DNA of 64,000 bases from an uncultured archaeon (GTDB lineage Archaea > Asgardarchaeota > Lokiarchaeia > Sigyniarchaeales > SOKP01), in NCBI GenBank assembly GCA_964632315.1, contig CAZWEM010000018.1, forward strand, positions 1-64,000. The letters run 5' to 3'. This document shows positions 1 to 9,509 of this stretch, one piece after another. Below the pieces are notes generated by a model, which did not search any database, was not told the origin of the DNA, and saw only the letters and a list, made by a program, of their open reading frames with translations. How positions within the stretch are numbered: position 1 is the first letter of the stretch; the number at the start of each line of letters is the position of its first letter. The position numbers were made by a program, and so were the translations under genes.

Positions 1-89
1 AAAAGTGGAATTTCTTAAATTTCTAAATATGGTAATAATTAAATACAACATTTTTTATTTATTTATAAAACCAATTAATTAATCCGCAA

Positions 90-1466
90 GTGAGAAATTT
101 GGAGGAAAATGATAAACCATTAACCGCAGAAGAAATTGAAAAACAAAAGAGCATAGTCGATAAAATTTACAAGCAAGAAAAAGAAGAGCGAGAGGAATAT
201 TTTAAAGTCACTGAAGAAGAGAGAAAAAAGGCATTTGAAGAGAGTAAGACAATGATTTCTAAATTAATATCTGAAAAAGCATTTATTCGTGAGAAACATA
301 GACAAGAAGATTTGGAACGGGCAAGTATACATTCGGATATCCAAAAAAAGGGAGAGGAAATCGATAAAATAATTAAAACAAAAGTTTTTATCCGGGAAAA
401 ACAAAGAGAGGGGGATCATCAAAGAATTGGGCTAAAACCAGATATAAAGGGAATGGGAGACAAGATCTCTAAATCTATTGACCAAAAAGCATTCTTGATT
501 GATCAAAAAAAAGAAAGTGATTATGCGAGAATGAAAATTAAGCCAGATATTGCAAAATCTCAAGAAATAATTGGAAAATCTATAAATGAGAAAGCGTTTT
601 TCATCGATCGTAAGAGAGAAGAAGACTCAAAGAGAATGGAAATTAAACCAGAAATAGAAAAAAGTAAAGATGCTATTGGAAAATCTATTCAAGAAAAAGC
701 CTTTATTATTGAAAAAAAGAAGGAAGAAAATTCAAAACGCATGGAACTTAATCCTGATTTCAGAAAGACTGGAGAAGCAATTGATAAAACCATTGCTGAA
801 AAAGCCTTTTTAAGAGATAAACAGAGAGAACAAGATAAGAAACGGATGTCTATCCATCCTAATAGGGAGGGAACGATTGAAGCAATTCAAAGTTCCATTG
901 AACAAAAAGCATTTCAAATTGAGAAGAAGCGTGAAACAGATCGATTAAAAGCGGGAATCAAACCAGAAATTAATAAAGTGAGTGAAGTTATAGATAAAGC
1001 AATTCAAGAAAAAGCATTTAGGATAGAAAAGCAAAGAGAAGAAGACAAAAAAAGAATGGGTTTAAAGCCAGATTTTCTCAAATCAAGCGAAGCTATAAAT
1101 AAGAGTATATCTGAAAAAGCCTTTTTAAGAGATAAACAGAGAGAAATGGATCAGAAAAGAATTTCCCTAAAACCTAATAAGCAAGAAGCTAGTCAAGCGA
1201 TTAGTAAATCTCTAAATGAAAAAGCATTTATGAGATCGAAACAACGAGAAGAAGATTTAAAAAGGAAACAATTAAAACCTGACATTCAAAAATCTTCACA
1301 AGCAATTAGTAAATCAATAGAAGATAAAGCATTCATTAGAGATAAACAAAGAGAGGAAGATCATAAGAGAATGCAACTAAAACCCGATATTCAGGGAATT
1401 GGTGAGAAATTAGAAGAAAAAATTGAAAAAATTGAAGATAAAAAACGGGAAAGTTCTGAAGACTGA
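90..1466 (+). CDS. Highly charged tandem-repeat protein (11 x 35-aa repeats), function unknown
   Basis: 458-aa ORF with GTG start; the unit KAF(I/L)xxKxRExDxxRMx(L/I)KPxxxKxxxxIxKSIxE recurs every 35 residues. Confidence 0.8.
   Translation: MRNLEENDKPLTAEEIEKQKSIVDKIYKQEKEEREEYFKVTEEERKKAFEESKTMISKLISEKAFIREKHRQEDLERASIHSDIQKKGEEIDKIIKTKVFIREKQREGDHQRIGLKPDIKGMGDKISKSIDQKAFLIDQKKESDYARMKIKPDIAKSQEIIGKSINEKAFFIDRKREEDSKRMEIKPEIEKSKDAIGKSIQEKAFIIEKKKEENSKRMELNPDFRKTGEAIDKTIAEKAFLRDKQREQDKKRMSIHPNREGTIEAIQSSIEQKAFQIEKKRETDRLKAGIKPEINKVSEVIDKAIQEKAFRIEKQREEDKKRMGLKPDFLKSSEAINKSISEKAFLRDKQREMDQKRISLKPNKQEASQAISKSLNEKAFMRSKQREEDLKRKQLKPDIQKSSQAISKSIEDKAFIRDKQREEDHKRMQLKPDIQGIGEKLEEKIEKIEDKKRESSED
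276..1430 (+). repeat. Intragenic degenerate tandem repeat, 105-bp (35-aa) unit, about 11 copies
   Basis: K(A/V)F motifs counted 35 aa apart; near-identical DNA such as gaaaaagcctttttaagagataaacagagagaa occurs at ~798 and ~1113. Confidence 0.85.
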
Positions 1467-1467
1467 T

Positions 1468-1965
1468 TCAAAACCGACGAAATTGGCTAAATAAATTATT
1501 GATATTTGTATTTTCTAACCTTTTTTTATATTGAATTATTGATGGCTCAATATGACCATTAAACTTATTGATACTAGTTTCAAATCGTTCATAAAAATCG
1601 ACAACAATTTGTCTTAAAACTTGTCGTTCGATGGATAAATCAACTTTTTTTGTTATACCAACGACCAATAACCGCCCTATTCTTTCATAAAGGATTCTTG
1701 TTTCCCGAAAATTAATTTCTTGGATTTCGTCTGGATTCTTTCCTATTTTAACTTCTTTAATAAACAGATCCAAGGCGCTAAGAAATCCACCAATTAGATC
1801 AACATCAAATTTCAAATTATTTACATTTGAATATTCCTTACTTAACAATAATGCCCCAGTCAATTTATCAAGGAAATAGATTGCATGAAATATCCCCTCT
1901 TCTGAATTTCTTACTCTAAACCCATAGTGACTAATTCCGTTTGTGTTCTTGGGATCAATTGGCAT
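1468..1965 (-). CDS. Asgard longin-like domain protein
   Basis: Pattern IYFLDKxTGALLLSKEY...DLIGGFLSALDLFIKEV...IQEINF, typical of Asgard longin/roadblock-type proteins. Confidence 0.65.
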   Translation of the reverse strand: MPIDPKNTNGISHYGFRVRNSEEGIFHAIYFLDKLTGALLLSKEYSNVNNLKFDVDLIGGFLSALDLFIKEVKIGKNPDEIQEINFRETRILYERIGRLLVVGITKKVDLSIERQVLRQIVVDFYERFETSINKFNGHIEPSIIQYKKRLENTNINNLFSQFRRF

Positions 1966-2150
1966 AATAAAAAATGAAGATTTATTTATGATTAATTTCT
2001 ATGAATGAATTCAGTAAGTAGCTAATTTAAAATATAAATATTATCTTAATATCATCCAAATATTCAGACTGTGAAATTGTTGAAGAAAACCAAAAATTAA
2101 AAATGAACGTCTTCTATTATTAGACATATTCTTTTAAAAAACCTTGGTAC

Positions 2151-2621
2151 TTGATGGAAATGGAAGGTAAACAAAACGAGGACAAGAACAAGATTTCTAC
2201 AGGATTAATCATTAACCGAGAGGCTCTTAATAACACGATATTTCCCGACGAAGTAAAGGATGAGATTGCTCAGACTCCTTATTATCTCTTAATATTTATT
2301 TCTCGTGAAGATGTTATTAAAATTAGTTGTTTTCCAACAAAAACTAAATCGATAAAAAAAATTTTAATTAAATTAGAAGAATTTTCTCCCGATATAGTAA
2401 AAGGAATCTCAGATATTTTAAACAAACTAAATCTAGCAAAAGATATCCTTCATACAACTGGAATTTGTTATGAGCTTGAGAATTGTTTTTATGAAACTTA
2501 TTTGATTGGTGACTTAATAGAAAAAGATAAAGATTTTGGGAAGAAAATCGAAAATGAATTTCTATCGATACCCCGAATTACAAGTGTTACCTTGGAAAAT
2601 ATCACAATTCAAAATGTATAA
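2151..2621 (+). CDS. Hypothetical protein
   Basis: 156-aa ORF with plausible composition; no family recognised. Confidence 0.6.
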   Translation: MMEMEGKQNEDKNKISTGLIINREALNNTIFPDEVKDEIAQTPYYLLIFISREDVIKISCFPTKTKSIKKILIKLEEFSPDIVKGISDILNKLNLAKDILHTTGICYELENCFYETYLIGDLIEKDKDFGKKIENEFLSIPRITSVTLENITIQNV

Positions 2622-2636
2622 TTTTTTACTTTTAAC

Positions 2637-3044
2637 TTAATTATTTTGCGTTTTTATCGCACTTAAAGTTCTCCAAGTCTTCCAAAAAATTAACCACATG
2701 ATTAAAAAGATAAATAAAGCAGTTGCTAGGGTGTATCCTCCAATAAAAACATCTTTAAATACGAAATATGGGATTCCCGCTGAAGCAAATCCAATCATAT
2801 AGCCATAAGCCCAATATCTATGTATTAATGAAATTATTATGGCTGGAATGAAAGTTGTCAGTATAACTGATAAAAAAGCAAGTGCTTGCATTGGTACAGA
2901 TGCTTCGCTATTGTGCTGCTGTTGTGCAACATTTATAAATTCCATATTAATCCAAGACACTATGAAACCAATTATGGCAAAGATTATTGCTTTATAATCC
3001 AACTTTAAATTAACTTTCTCTTTTTTGCTTGGAGAGATTACCAT
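2637..3044 (-). CDS. Small integral membrane protein (~4 TM)
   Basis: Four hydrophobic segments. Confidence 0.65.
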   Translation of the reverse strand: MVISPSKKEKVNLKLDYKAIIFAIIGFIVSWINMEFINVAQQQHNSEASVPMQALAFLSVILTTFIPAIIISLIHRYWAYGYMIGFASAGIPYFVFKDVFIGGYTLATALFIFLIMWLIFWKTWRTLSAIKTQNN

Positions 3045-3295
3045 GGTAACCTACATCATTTTTTAGAATTATTTAAAGACATACTGATGATAACGAATAA
3101 ATTAAGTTAAATTTTTAGTCAAAATGTTATAAATCGACAAAAATATAAAATTCATCCTTATTAAACCATAAATTATTTTAAATACTTAGTCGTATATATG
3201 ATAGTTAAGATAAAAATTTAAAAATCAACTATAGAGGTATTTATCTCATATAAAACTGTAAAAAAAAAAAAATAAAACAATATAAAATTAACCAT

Positions 3296-3412
3296 GACTC
3301 CTGCCCCACCCTGGATTTTTGTCTTTTGGTAGTGCATTTGATGCACTCTTATTTCGCCCTCCTCCCCCTTAAATTTTTCAGACCTTCTCTTTAGGTCTTG
3401 GTGGCAGGAGTC
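3296..3412. ncRNA. Putative structured non-coding RNA or small element, family unknown
   Basis: GC-rich island in an AT-rich intergenic region; terminal stem gactcctgcc (3296-3305)/ggcaggagtc (3403-3412); internal hairpins agtgcat-ttg-atgcact (3331-3347) and agacct/aggtct (3380-3398). Confidence 0.45.
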
Positions 3413-3491
3413 TCTCTTTCATTATTATTTTAAAATAAATGGTCTAAAAAATTAAATACTTGAATGCTAAATTCTTAATTGTGAGAGCTAA

Positions 3492-3770
3492 ATGTCTTTT
3501 TTTTATGTCTATATTTTAGAGACAATTGGAAAGAATAATAAAAAAAGATTTTATACTGGATATACAAATGATTTAAAAAGAAGACTAAATGAGCATAAAA
3601 CGGGAAAAGGAGCAAAGTTCTGTAAAGGAAAAAAGGTAAGTCTTAAGTATTTTGAAACTTACCTTACTAGAAGTGAAGCCATGAAACGAGAATTAGAAAT
3701 AAAATCATTTAAACGCAAAGAAAAACAACAGTTAATCAAAAATTTTAATGAAAATGAAATCCCTAAATAA
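3492..3770 (+). CDS. Small GIY-YIG nuclease (UPF0213/YhbQ-like)
   Basis: YVYIL...FYTGYTNDLKRRLNEH..GKGAKF...EAMKRELEIK motifs. Confidence 0.85.
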   Translation: MSFFYVYILETIGKNNKKRFYTGYTNDLKRRLNEHKTGKGAKFCKGKKVSLKYFETYLTRSEAMKRELEIKSFKRKEKQQLIKNFNENEIPK

Positions 3771-4563
3771 ATTTAATTTTTCCAATAATTTTCTGATAAT
3801 CTTATGTGGACTACCTGCATCAGGAAAATCAACTTTTGCTCAAGAAATAAGCGAATTAATAGAAGCAAATTCAACCCAAATTGTAAAAATTGTCGATCCA
3901 GATCAAATTAGGAATCAAATTTCTCCTACATTTAATTTTACTCTAGAGAAAAATGTAAGAAATAAACATTTAGTAGATATAGAATATTTTCTTAAGCGCG
4001 GTATGATAACCATTAGCGATGATTTAAATTATTATTCAAGCATGAGACACCAATTAAAAGATATTGCTGAGAAATTGAATAAAAAGTTTTACATCATTTA
4101 CATATCAACGCCAGTAGAAGTATGCTTAAAATGGAATAAAGTTCGTGGATCTCCAATTCCAGATAGTGTTCTACTTAAAGTCGATAACAAATTTGACAAT
4201 TTTCAGAACTATCAATGGGACACACCTAGCTTAATCCTAGATATGTCTAAAACGAGTGATCTAAAACATAATATTACAACCTATCTTAATTCTTTACAAT
4301 TTGAGCTTAAAAAAAAACAGATGAAAAAATCCTCCTCAAATCAATTGGCAGAACAACTTGATAGCATCACAAGAAAAATTATATCTGAGTTATTTCAAGA
4401 TAAAAGAATGCTAAATGACAAATCTAAAATATTGAAACTTAGGAAGCAGTTCATAAAAAAAACATTGGGAAGTAAAAAATTTTCTAAGAATATGAAGGAA
4501 GATTTCATTGACTTTTTAAAAGAAAATGTTGATACAAATAAATCTAAAGAGAAAAAAAAATAA
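3748..4563 (+). CDS. pstK: O-phosphoseryl-tRNA(Sec) kinase (PSTK/KTI12 family P-loop kinase)
   Basis: LIILCGLPASGKST Walker A, DxxR (DQIR), DDLNYYSSMR, WDxP and a helical C-terminal domain, as in archaeal PSTK. Confidence 0.72.
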   Translation: MKMKSLNKFNFSNNFLIILCGLPASGKSTFAQEISELIEANSTQIVKIVDPDQIRNQISPTFNFTLEKNVRNKHLVDIEYFLKRGMITISDDLNYYSSMRHQLKDIAEKLNKKFYIIYISTPVEVCLKWNKVRGSPIPDSVLLKVDNKFDNFQNYQWDTPSLILDMSKTSDLKHNITTYLNSLQFELKKKQMKKSSSNQLAEQLDSITRKIISELFQDKRMLNDKSKILKLRKQFIKKTLGSKKFSKNMKEDFIDFLKENVDTNKSKEKKK

Positions 4564-4633
4564 AGAAAGATAAATTTATATTATTTGATTTACAAAACAC
4601 TCTTTATTATAATGATTAAAAATTAGATTTATT

Positions 4634-6922
4634 ATGCCCTCAAAAGATTCAGATGTTAAACAGACTAAAGTAAGAATTGAAGAACTAGAAAAGAGTCGGA
4701 GTGGACGATCGCTCTGTTATGTGGATCCTGAAATTTTGGAAAAACTTGACCTAACCACTGGTAATATAATTGAAATCCAGGGTAAAAAGAAGACAACTGG
4801 AATTGTAGTTTCCAGCATGATTGATAGTGGAAAAGGAATAATTAGATTGGATGGATTACAACGATTAAATGCAGGAGCTACGATCGGAGAGATGGTGTCA
4901 ATAAAATTAGCAACAGTTTATAATGCCGAAGAAATCAGTCTTACCCCCACTAAATCAAATATTGATCTGAAAAAGCAAGCTGATGCGATTAAAGCTAAAT
5001 TAATAGATAAGCCCGTAGTTTTAGGAGATATCATTGAGGTTTTAGGAGAAGTTTATCAAACGAACGATTCAGATAATAATGCAATGAATGATTTCATGAA
5101 AATGATGCCAATGTTTCGAACTCAAAGAAAAAAACCAACTTTTGGCACTCTCAGATTAATCGTAGAAGATACTGCTCCTACAGAAAAAGTTGTAAAAATT
5201 ACTCGAGACACAAGAATTAAGGTAAATAAACGAGTTGCGGTATTGAACGTATCTGGAGGAGTGGTTACCTATGATGATATTGGTGGACTAATAGATGAAA
5301 TACAGAGAATAAGAGAAATGGTAGAATTACCATTAAAGCATCCTGAATTGTTCCACAGGTTAAATATCGATCCTCCTAAAGGAGTTTTATTTCACGGCCC
5401 TTCTGGAACAGGAAAAACCTTAATGGCCAAAGCAGTATCCCAAGAATCAAATGCAAATTTTATTACTATTAATGGTCCAGAGATAATGAGTAAATTTTAT
5501 GGTGCAAGTGAGGGGAGACTACGAAAAATTTTCGAGCAAGCTGAAAATAATGCACCATCAATAATTTTTATTGATGAAATTGATTCCATCGCCCCTAAAC
5601 GAGTCGATACATCTGGAGAAGTTGAGAGAAGGGTAGTTTCACAATTGCTTTCTTTGATGGACGGTTTACAAGGGAGAGGAGAAATAATATGCATTGGTGC
5701 TACGAATCGTATAAATGCAATTGATGAAGCTTTGAGAAGACCAGGTAGATTCGATAGAGAAATTGAGTTTGGAGTCCCTAATGTAAAAGGAAGAAAAGAA
5801 ATTTTTCAAATTCATACTCGTGGAATGCCATTAGAAGCGAACGTATCATTAGATGAATATGCAAAAATAACTCACGGATTTGTGGGTGCTGATATAATGG
5901 CTGTATGTAGAGAGGCCGCTTTATTTGCTCTTAGAAAGATTCTTCCTAAAATTAATTTGGATGAACCAATTCCTAGTGAAATAATCCAAGAATTAGAAAT
6001 CAGTGACGATGATTTCATGCAGGCGATTAATTTAGTGGAACCATCTGCGATGAGAGAAGTCATGGTTGAAATTCCTAATGTAAAATGGGGAGATATTGGT
6101 GGATTAGAGGAAATTAAAGAAGAATTAAAAGAAGCTGTCGAATGGCCCTTAATTTATCAAGATTTATTTGAACGCGCTGGAATCCGCCCATTAAATGGGA
6201 TTTTACTATTTGGACCTCCAGGTTGTGGAAAAACACTTCTAGCCAAAGCCATTGCTACAGAAACTAAATCTAATTTCATAACAGTGAAGGGACCAGAAGT
6301 ATTTAATAAATTCGTAGGAGAAAGTGAAAGGATTGTTAGAAACATTTTTCGAAAAGCCCGGCAAGCGGCACCATCCATTGTCTACTTTGATGAACTTGAT
6401 GCTATAAGCACTGTTAGAGGTGCAAATGAAGTGAGTTCTCTTAGAGATTCGATAGTTAACCAGATTTTAGTTGAGATGGATGGGATCGAGAATAGAAAAG
6501 GAGTAGTTGTCATTGCCAGTACTAATCGTCCAGAGTTAGTTGATCCAGCATTATTAAGGCCTGGACGATTAGATCGATTATTATATGTGACAGCACCAGA
6601 CCTAAAAGCTAGAGAAAGAATTTTAAAGGTACATACACGTAACATGCCATTAGCTGATAATGTATCCTTAATGCATTTAGCCCAAGTGACGGAAGGATAC
6701 AGCGGGGCAGATATAGAAAACCTATGCCGTGAAGCAGGAATGCAGGCAATCAGAGAGCTATTATATGATTTTAAAAATATTGAATACCAACATTTTGAAC
6801 ACGCTCTCGATAGAATCAAATCTACATTAAGCGACTCAGTAATACAGCGTTATGAACAGATGGCTAAAGTAATAACAGAATCCCGTAATATTAAAGATTC
6901 TTCTGCTGATTTTTATAAATAA
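4634..6922 (+). CDS. cdc48: CDC48/p97/VAT AAA+ ATPase
   Basis: N domain plus two AAA modules (GPSGTGKT/IIFIDEID; GPPGCGKT/VYFDELD; RRPGRFD and LRPGRLD); C-terminal F-Y-K fits HbYX. Confidence 0.95.
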   Translation: MPSKDSDVKQTKVRIEELEKSRSGRSLCYVDPEILEKLDLTTGNIIEIQGKKKTTGIVVSSMIDSGKGIIRLDGLQRLNAGATIGEMVSIKLATVYNAEEISLTPTKSNIDLKKQADAIKAKLIDKPVVLGDIIEVLGEVYQTNDSDNNAMNDFMKMMPMFRTQRKKPTFGTLRLIVEDTAPTEKVVKITRDTRIKVNKRVAVLNVSGGVVTYDDIGGLIDEIQRIREMVELPLKHPELFHRLNIDPPKGVLFHGPSGTGKTLMAKAVSQESNANFITINGPEIMSKFYGASEGRLRKIFEQAENNAPSIIFIDEIDSIAPKRVDTSGEVERRVVSQLLSLMDGLQGRGEIICIGATNRINAIDEALRRPGRFDREIEFGVPNVKGRKEIFQIHTRGMPLEANVSLDEYAKITHGFVGADIMAVCREAALFALRKILPKINLDEPIPSEIIQELEISDDDFMQAINLVEPSAMREVMVEIPNVKWGDIGGLEEIKEELKEAVEWPLIYQDLFERAGIRPLNGILLFGPPGCGKTLLAKAIATETKSNFITVKGPEVFNKFVGESERIVRNIFRKARQAAPSIVYFDELDAISTVRGANEVSSLRDSIVNQILVEMDGIENRKGVVVIASTNRPELVDPALLRPGRLDRLLYVTAPDLKARERILKVHTRNMPLADNVSLMHLAQVTEGYSGADIENLCREAGMQAIRELLYDFKNIEYQHFEHALDRIKSTLSDSVIQRYEQMAKVITESRNIKDSSADFYK

Positions 6923-7021
6923 TCATATCATTTCTTATCATGTAATTGAACCATTTTTTAGAATTACTTATTTAAAGATTCACATATAACATTAATTTAA
7001 TAATATTAAAATGGTTAAAAT

Positions 7022-8221
7022 ATGAATGAGTTTAATATAGATTGGGATCTACATGTTAAGAAATATCAGAATGCAATGGAACAACTAAACTTAGATTTCT
7101 GTGTTTTAACTAGAGTTAAATCAATAATCTATTTATCAGGATGTTTTGTTCCATGGAAAAGTTTTGTTTTTCTACCGAAACAGGATGCTGGCGAGCCAAC
7201 ATTATTTACCGTGCTCTTAGATGTTGAGAGGGTAAAAGATGAGGGCCATATAAAGACAGAAGGATGGGGCCCCATGAAAGGTTTTTATTGGGAAAAAAAA
7301 ATTCAATCTACGGCGAAAAAATTTGGACTCTATAATGCTAAAGGTAAAGCTCCACGGATTGGAGTAGAATTGGGTGTTGATATATGCGTCACTGGACAAA
7401 TGTTATCCTTTAGCGAATCTGAATCTCTCAAAAAAATGTTTCCGGGATGTGAATTAATAGATTTCAATGACAAAACTGAGAGAATCCAACTTATTAAAGA
7501 AGCTGAAGAGATAAGAGCATTAAGAAAAGCAAGTGAAATTACTGATATTGGACAAGCCATAGTGAAAAAAGAATTAGAAAATCGTCCAATAGATAAAATT
7601 TTTACCGAAAATGAAATTGCAGGAATAGGAACTAAAGCTATGAGAAATGCAGGAAGTAACTATGAATGGACTTTTACAGGAAACCAAGAGATTGGCTCTG
7701 GTTATAGGGCAAGCTATACATTTAATGGATGCACTCCTGCAACGAATAAGATGATAAAAGAAGGAGAATCATTATTAGTAGATCTACATAGTGAAGTGGG
7801 ATGTTATTTAGGGGATTTAAGTCATAATTATGTACTTGGAAGTTGTGGTCACGAACTAAAAAACTTTAATGAAGTATATGAACAATTATGTTATACCTTG
7901 ATTGATAACATGAAACCAGGAATCACATTTGACGAATGTTATGCAGCTGTAAGGAACGTAGCAGACAAATCGGGATATGCTAATGATTTATTCTTTGGAA
8001 TTGGCCATGGAATAGGATGCATTGGAAATGAAAGCTACCCAATTGTATTACCAGGTAAGGATTGGGGATCAATGTTTTTTGAAGAAAATATGGTGGAAAT
8101 AGCTGCAATAGTTTTTAATCGCCCTGGATTAGGAGGTTTAAGATTAGAATCCCCCACCTTAATTACAAACCATAAAGCTGAGGTGTTACCAAAGACACCT
8201 TTTGAAGTAGATTATGTTTAA
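7022..8221 (+). CDS. M24 family Xaa-Pro peptidase-like protein
   Basis: Creatinase N-domain, IKEAEEI..LRKA, LVDL...GDL, GHGIG, GGLRLE. Confidence 0.8.
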   Translation: MNEFNIDWDLHVKKYQNAMEQLNLDFCVLTRVKSIIYLSGCFVPWKSFVFLPKQDAGEPTLFTVLLDVERVKDEGHIKTEGWGPMKGFYWEKKIQSTAKKFGLYNAKGKAPRIGVELGVDICVTGQMLSFSESESLKKMFPGCELIDFNDKTERIQLIKEAEEIRALRKASEITDIGQAIVKKELENRPIDKIFTENEIAGIGTKAMRNAGSNYEWTFTGNQEIGSGYRASYTFNGCTPATNKMIKEGESLLVDLHSEVGCYLGDLSHNYVLGSCGHELKNFNEVYEQLCYTLIDNMKPGITFDECYAAVRNVADKSGYANDLFFGIGHGIGCIGNESYPIVLPGKDWGSMFFEENMVEIAAIVFNRPGLGGLRLESPTLITNHKAEVLPKTPFEVDYV

Positions 8222-8236
8222 AATTAATAAAAAAAA

Positions 8237-8710
8237 TTAAATTCTTTCCTTTCCACATTTTTTGCAGAATTTAGCTGAAGGATCCATTTCCTCTCCGCAA
8301 TAGCTACAAATATTTTCTTGTTTAGATACCATCCTTTGAAGATTTACGGTTTTAATAATTGTTGAATTTACTAACTCACTTAAATAAGTCGCGCTTTCTC
8401 TTCCATTATTCTTATTAGTGGCCATACTAATCGAAAAAATATGATTATCTCTGGTTTCAACAACCACTAAATACACATTTCTGAATTTTATAGGATATAC
8501 TTTCTTAATATTGGTTAAAGGGATTTTAAAACCCTCCTTATAATCATCAACCGAAGCACCAATATCTGTAAGACTTATGTTCGATCTTCTCATCAGAGAT
8601 AAATTTTCTTCGCTAAGAAGAATTTTTCCTAATTCCATTTGATATTGCCACTTTTTTTGAAATACTTGTCCTTCGCAAAAATAACCATCCGATGTAAAGA
8701 CTAATGACAT
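8237..8710 (-). CDS. Hypothetical protein with PH-like N-terminus and C-terminal zinc ribbon
   Basis: C-terminal CSYCG...FCKKCG; beta-rich N-terminal part. Confidence 0.6.
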   Translation of the reverse strand: MSLVFTSDGYFCEGQVFQKKWQYQMELGKILLSEENLSLMRRSNISLTDIGASVDDYKEGFKIPLTNIKKVYPIKFRNVYLVVVETRDNHIFSISMATNKNNGRESATYLSELVNSTIIKTVNLQRMVSKQENICSYCGEEMDPSAKFCKKCGKERI

Positions 8711-8923
8711 TATAATTCTTTCTTATAAGTTTGGATTATATCTATTTTTGATTTTATTCTAAATTAATCATAGAAAAATTCACTTATATATCATGGTAAG
8801 TCCAATTTTTATCACTTATAAAAGCTCCATAAATTTTTAAATATGAACTCGATAACTACTTTAGAGTTCCGATTAAATTAATTGGAATTAAATAGAATTC
8901 AAATATTAAAATTGTGAAATTAA

Positions 8924-9463
8924 ATGTCTGAGCAACTACTTAAATGCAGAAATTTCATGCTTAAGGAAAAAATGATTTCTTTAACAGATAAAGGAGAAAT
9001 TTTTAATGCAGACAACAACGAACTAATTGGTACTTTTCGAGGAAAGCTGATAAAGATTGGAAATACATATAGAATAAGAGATCTCAATGAAACTCCAGTG
9101 TTGACGGTATCAGAGAAAATCATCTCTTTACGTTCCTCTTATAGATTCTATAATGGTGGAGAAAAGGACGATAGTCAATATTTAGGAATTTTGAAAAGGA
9201 AACTAGTATCAATTAAACCAAGCTATTGGTTTGAAGATCCCAATGAGAATAGAGTTTTTGAAATGAAAGGTAATATTTTTACACTAAAGTTCAGAATCTT
9301 GAAAGATGGCAAGGAAGTAGCTGAAATTAGCAAAAAACTTTGGAAAAGCTTACTTAGAGGCCATTATGGGGTAAAAATGAATCCTGATTTAGATGATGGC
9401 TCTGCAATGCTCATATTGGGCATAGTATTAATGCTACATCATGAAAAAGAAGAAAATCGATAA
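8924..9463 (+). CDS. LURP-one-related / scramblase (Tubby C-terminal-like) protein
   Basis: LKEKMISLTD..., KGNIFTLKFRI, VAEISKK, D..LILGIVL pattern. Confidence 0.75.
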   Translation: MSEQLLKCRNFMLKEKMISLTDKGEIFNADNNELIGTFRGKLIKIGNTYRIRDLNETPVLTVSEKIISLRSSYRFYNGGEKDDSQYLGILKRKLVSIKPSYWFEDPNENRVFEMKGNIFTLKFRILKDGKEVAEISKKLWKSLLRGHYGVKMNPDLDDGSAMLILGIVLMLHHEKEENR

Positions 9464-9509
9464 ATCATGCAGTAATTTTTTTTAATTTTTATTTTGTTAT
9501 ATTTATAGA

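Noticed and set aside
90-1466. Firm PPR or TPR annotation for the repeat protein
   Set aside because: The unit length and GxKPD fit PPR, but the conserved hydrophobic residues of helix B are replaced by charged ones; kept only as an alternative hypothesis
3296-3412. 5S rRNA, tRNA-Sec or SECIS identity for the structured element (about 120 nt, near pstK)
   Set aside because: It has no 5S conserved loop sequences, no cloverleaf or T-loop and no convincing SECIS core. The short minus-strand ORF MKERLLPPRPKEKV-TGA meets TAA three codons later.
3492-3770. GIY-YIG protein as a homing endonuclease or mobile-element marker, e.g. for the tbp intron
   Set aside because: It is a 92-aa stand-alone UPF0213-type protein with no DNA-binding extension and no intron or IS context, and it lies 15 kb from tbp
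5497-6819. Several short minus-strand ORFs inside cdc48, and similar nested or antisense ORFs elsewhere in the track
   Set aside because: Antisense shadows of well-supported genes, with no motifs
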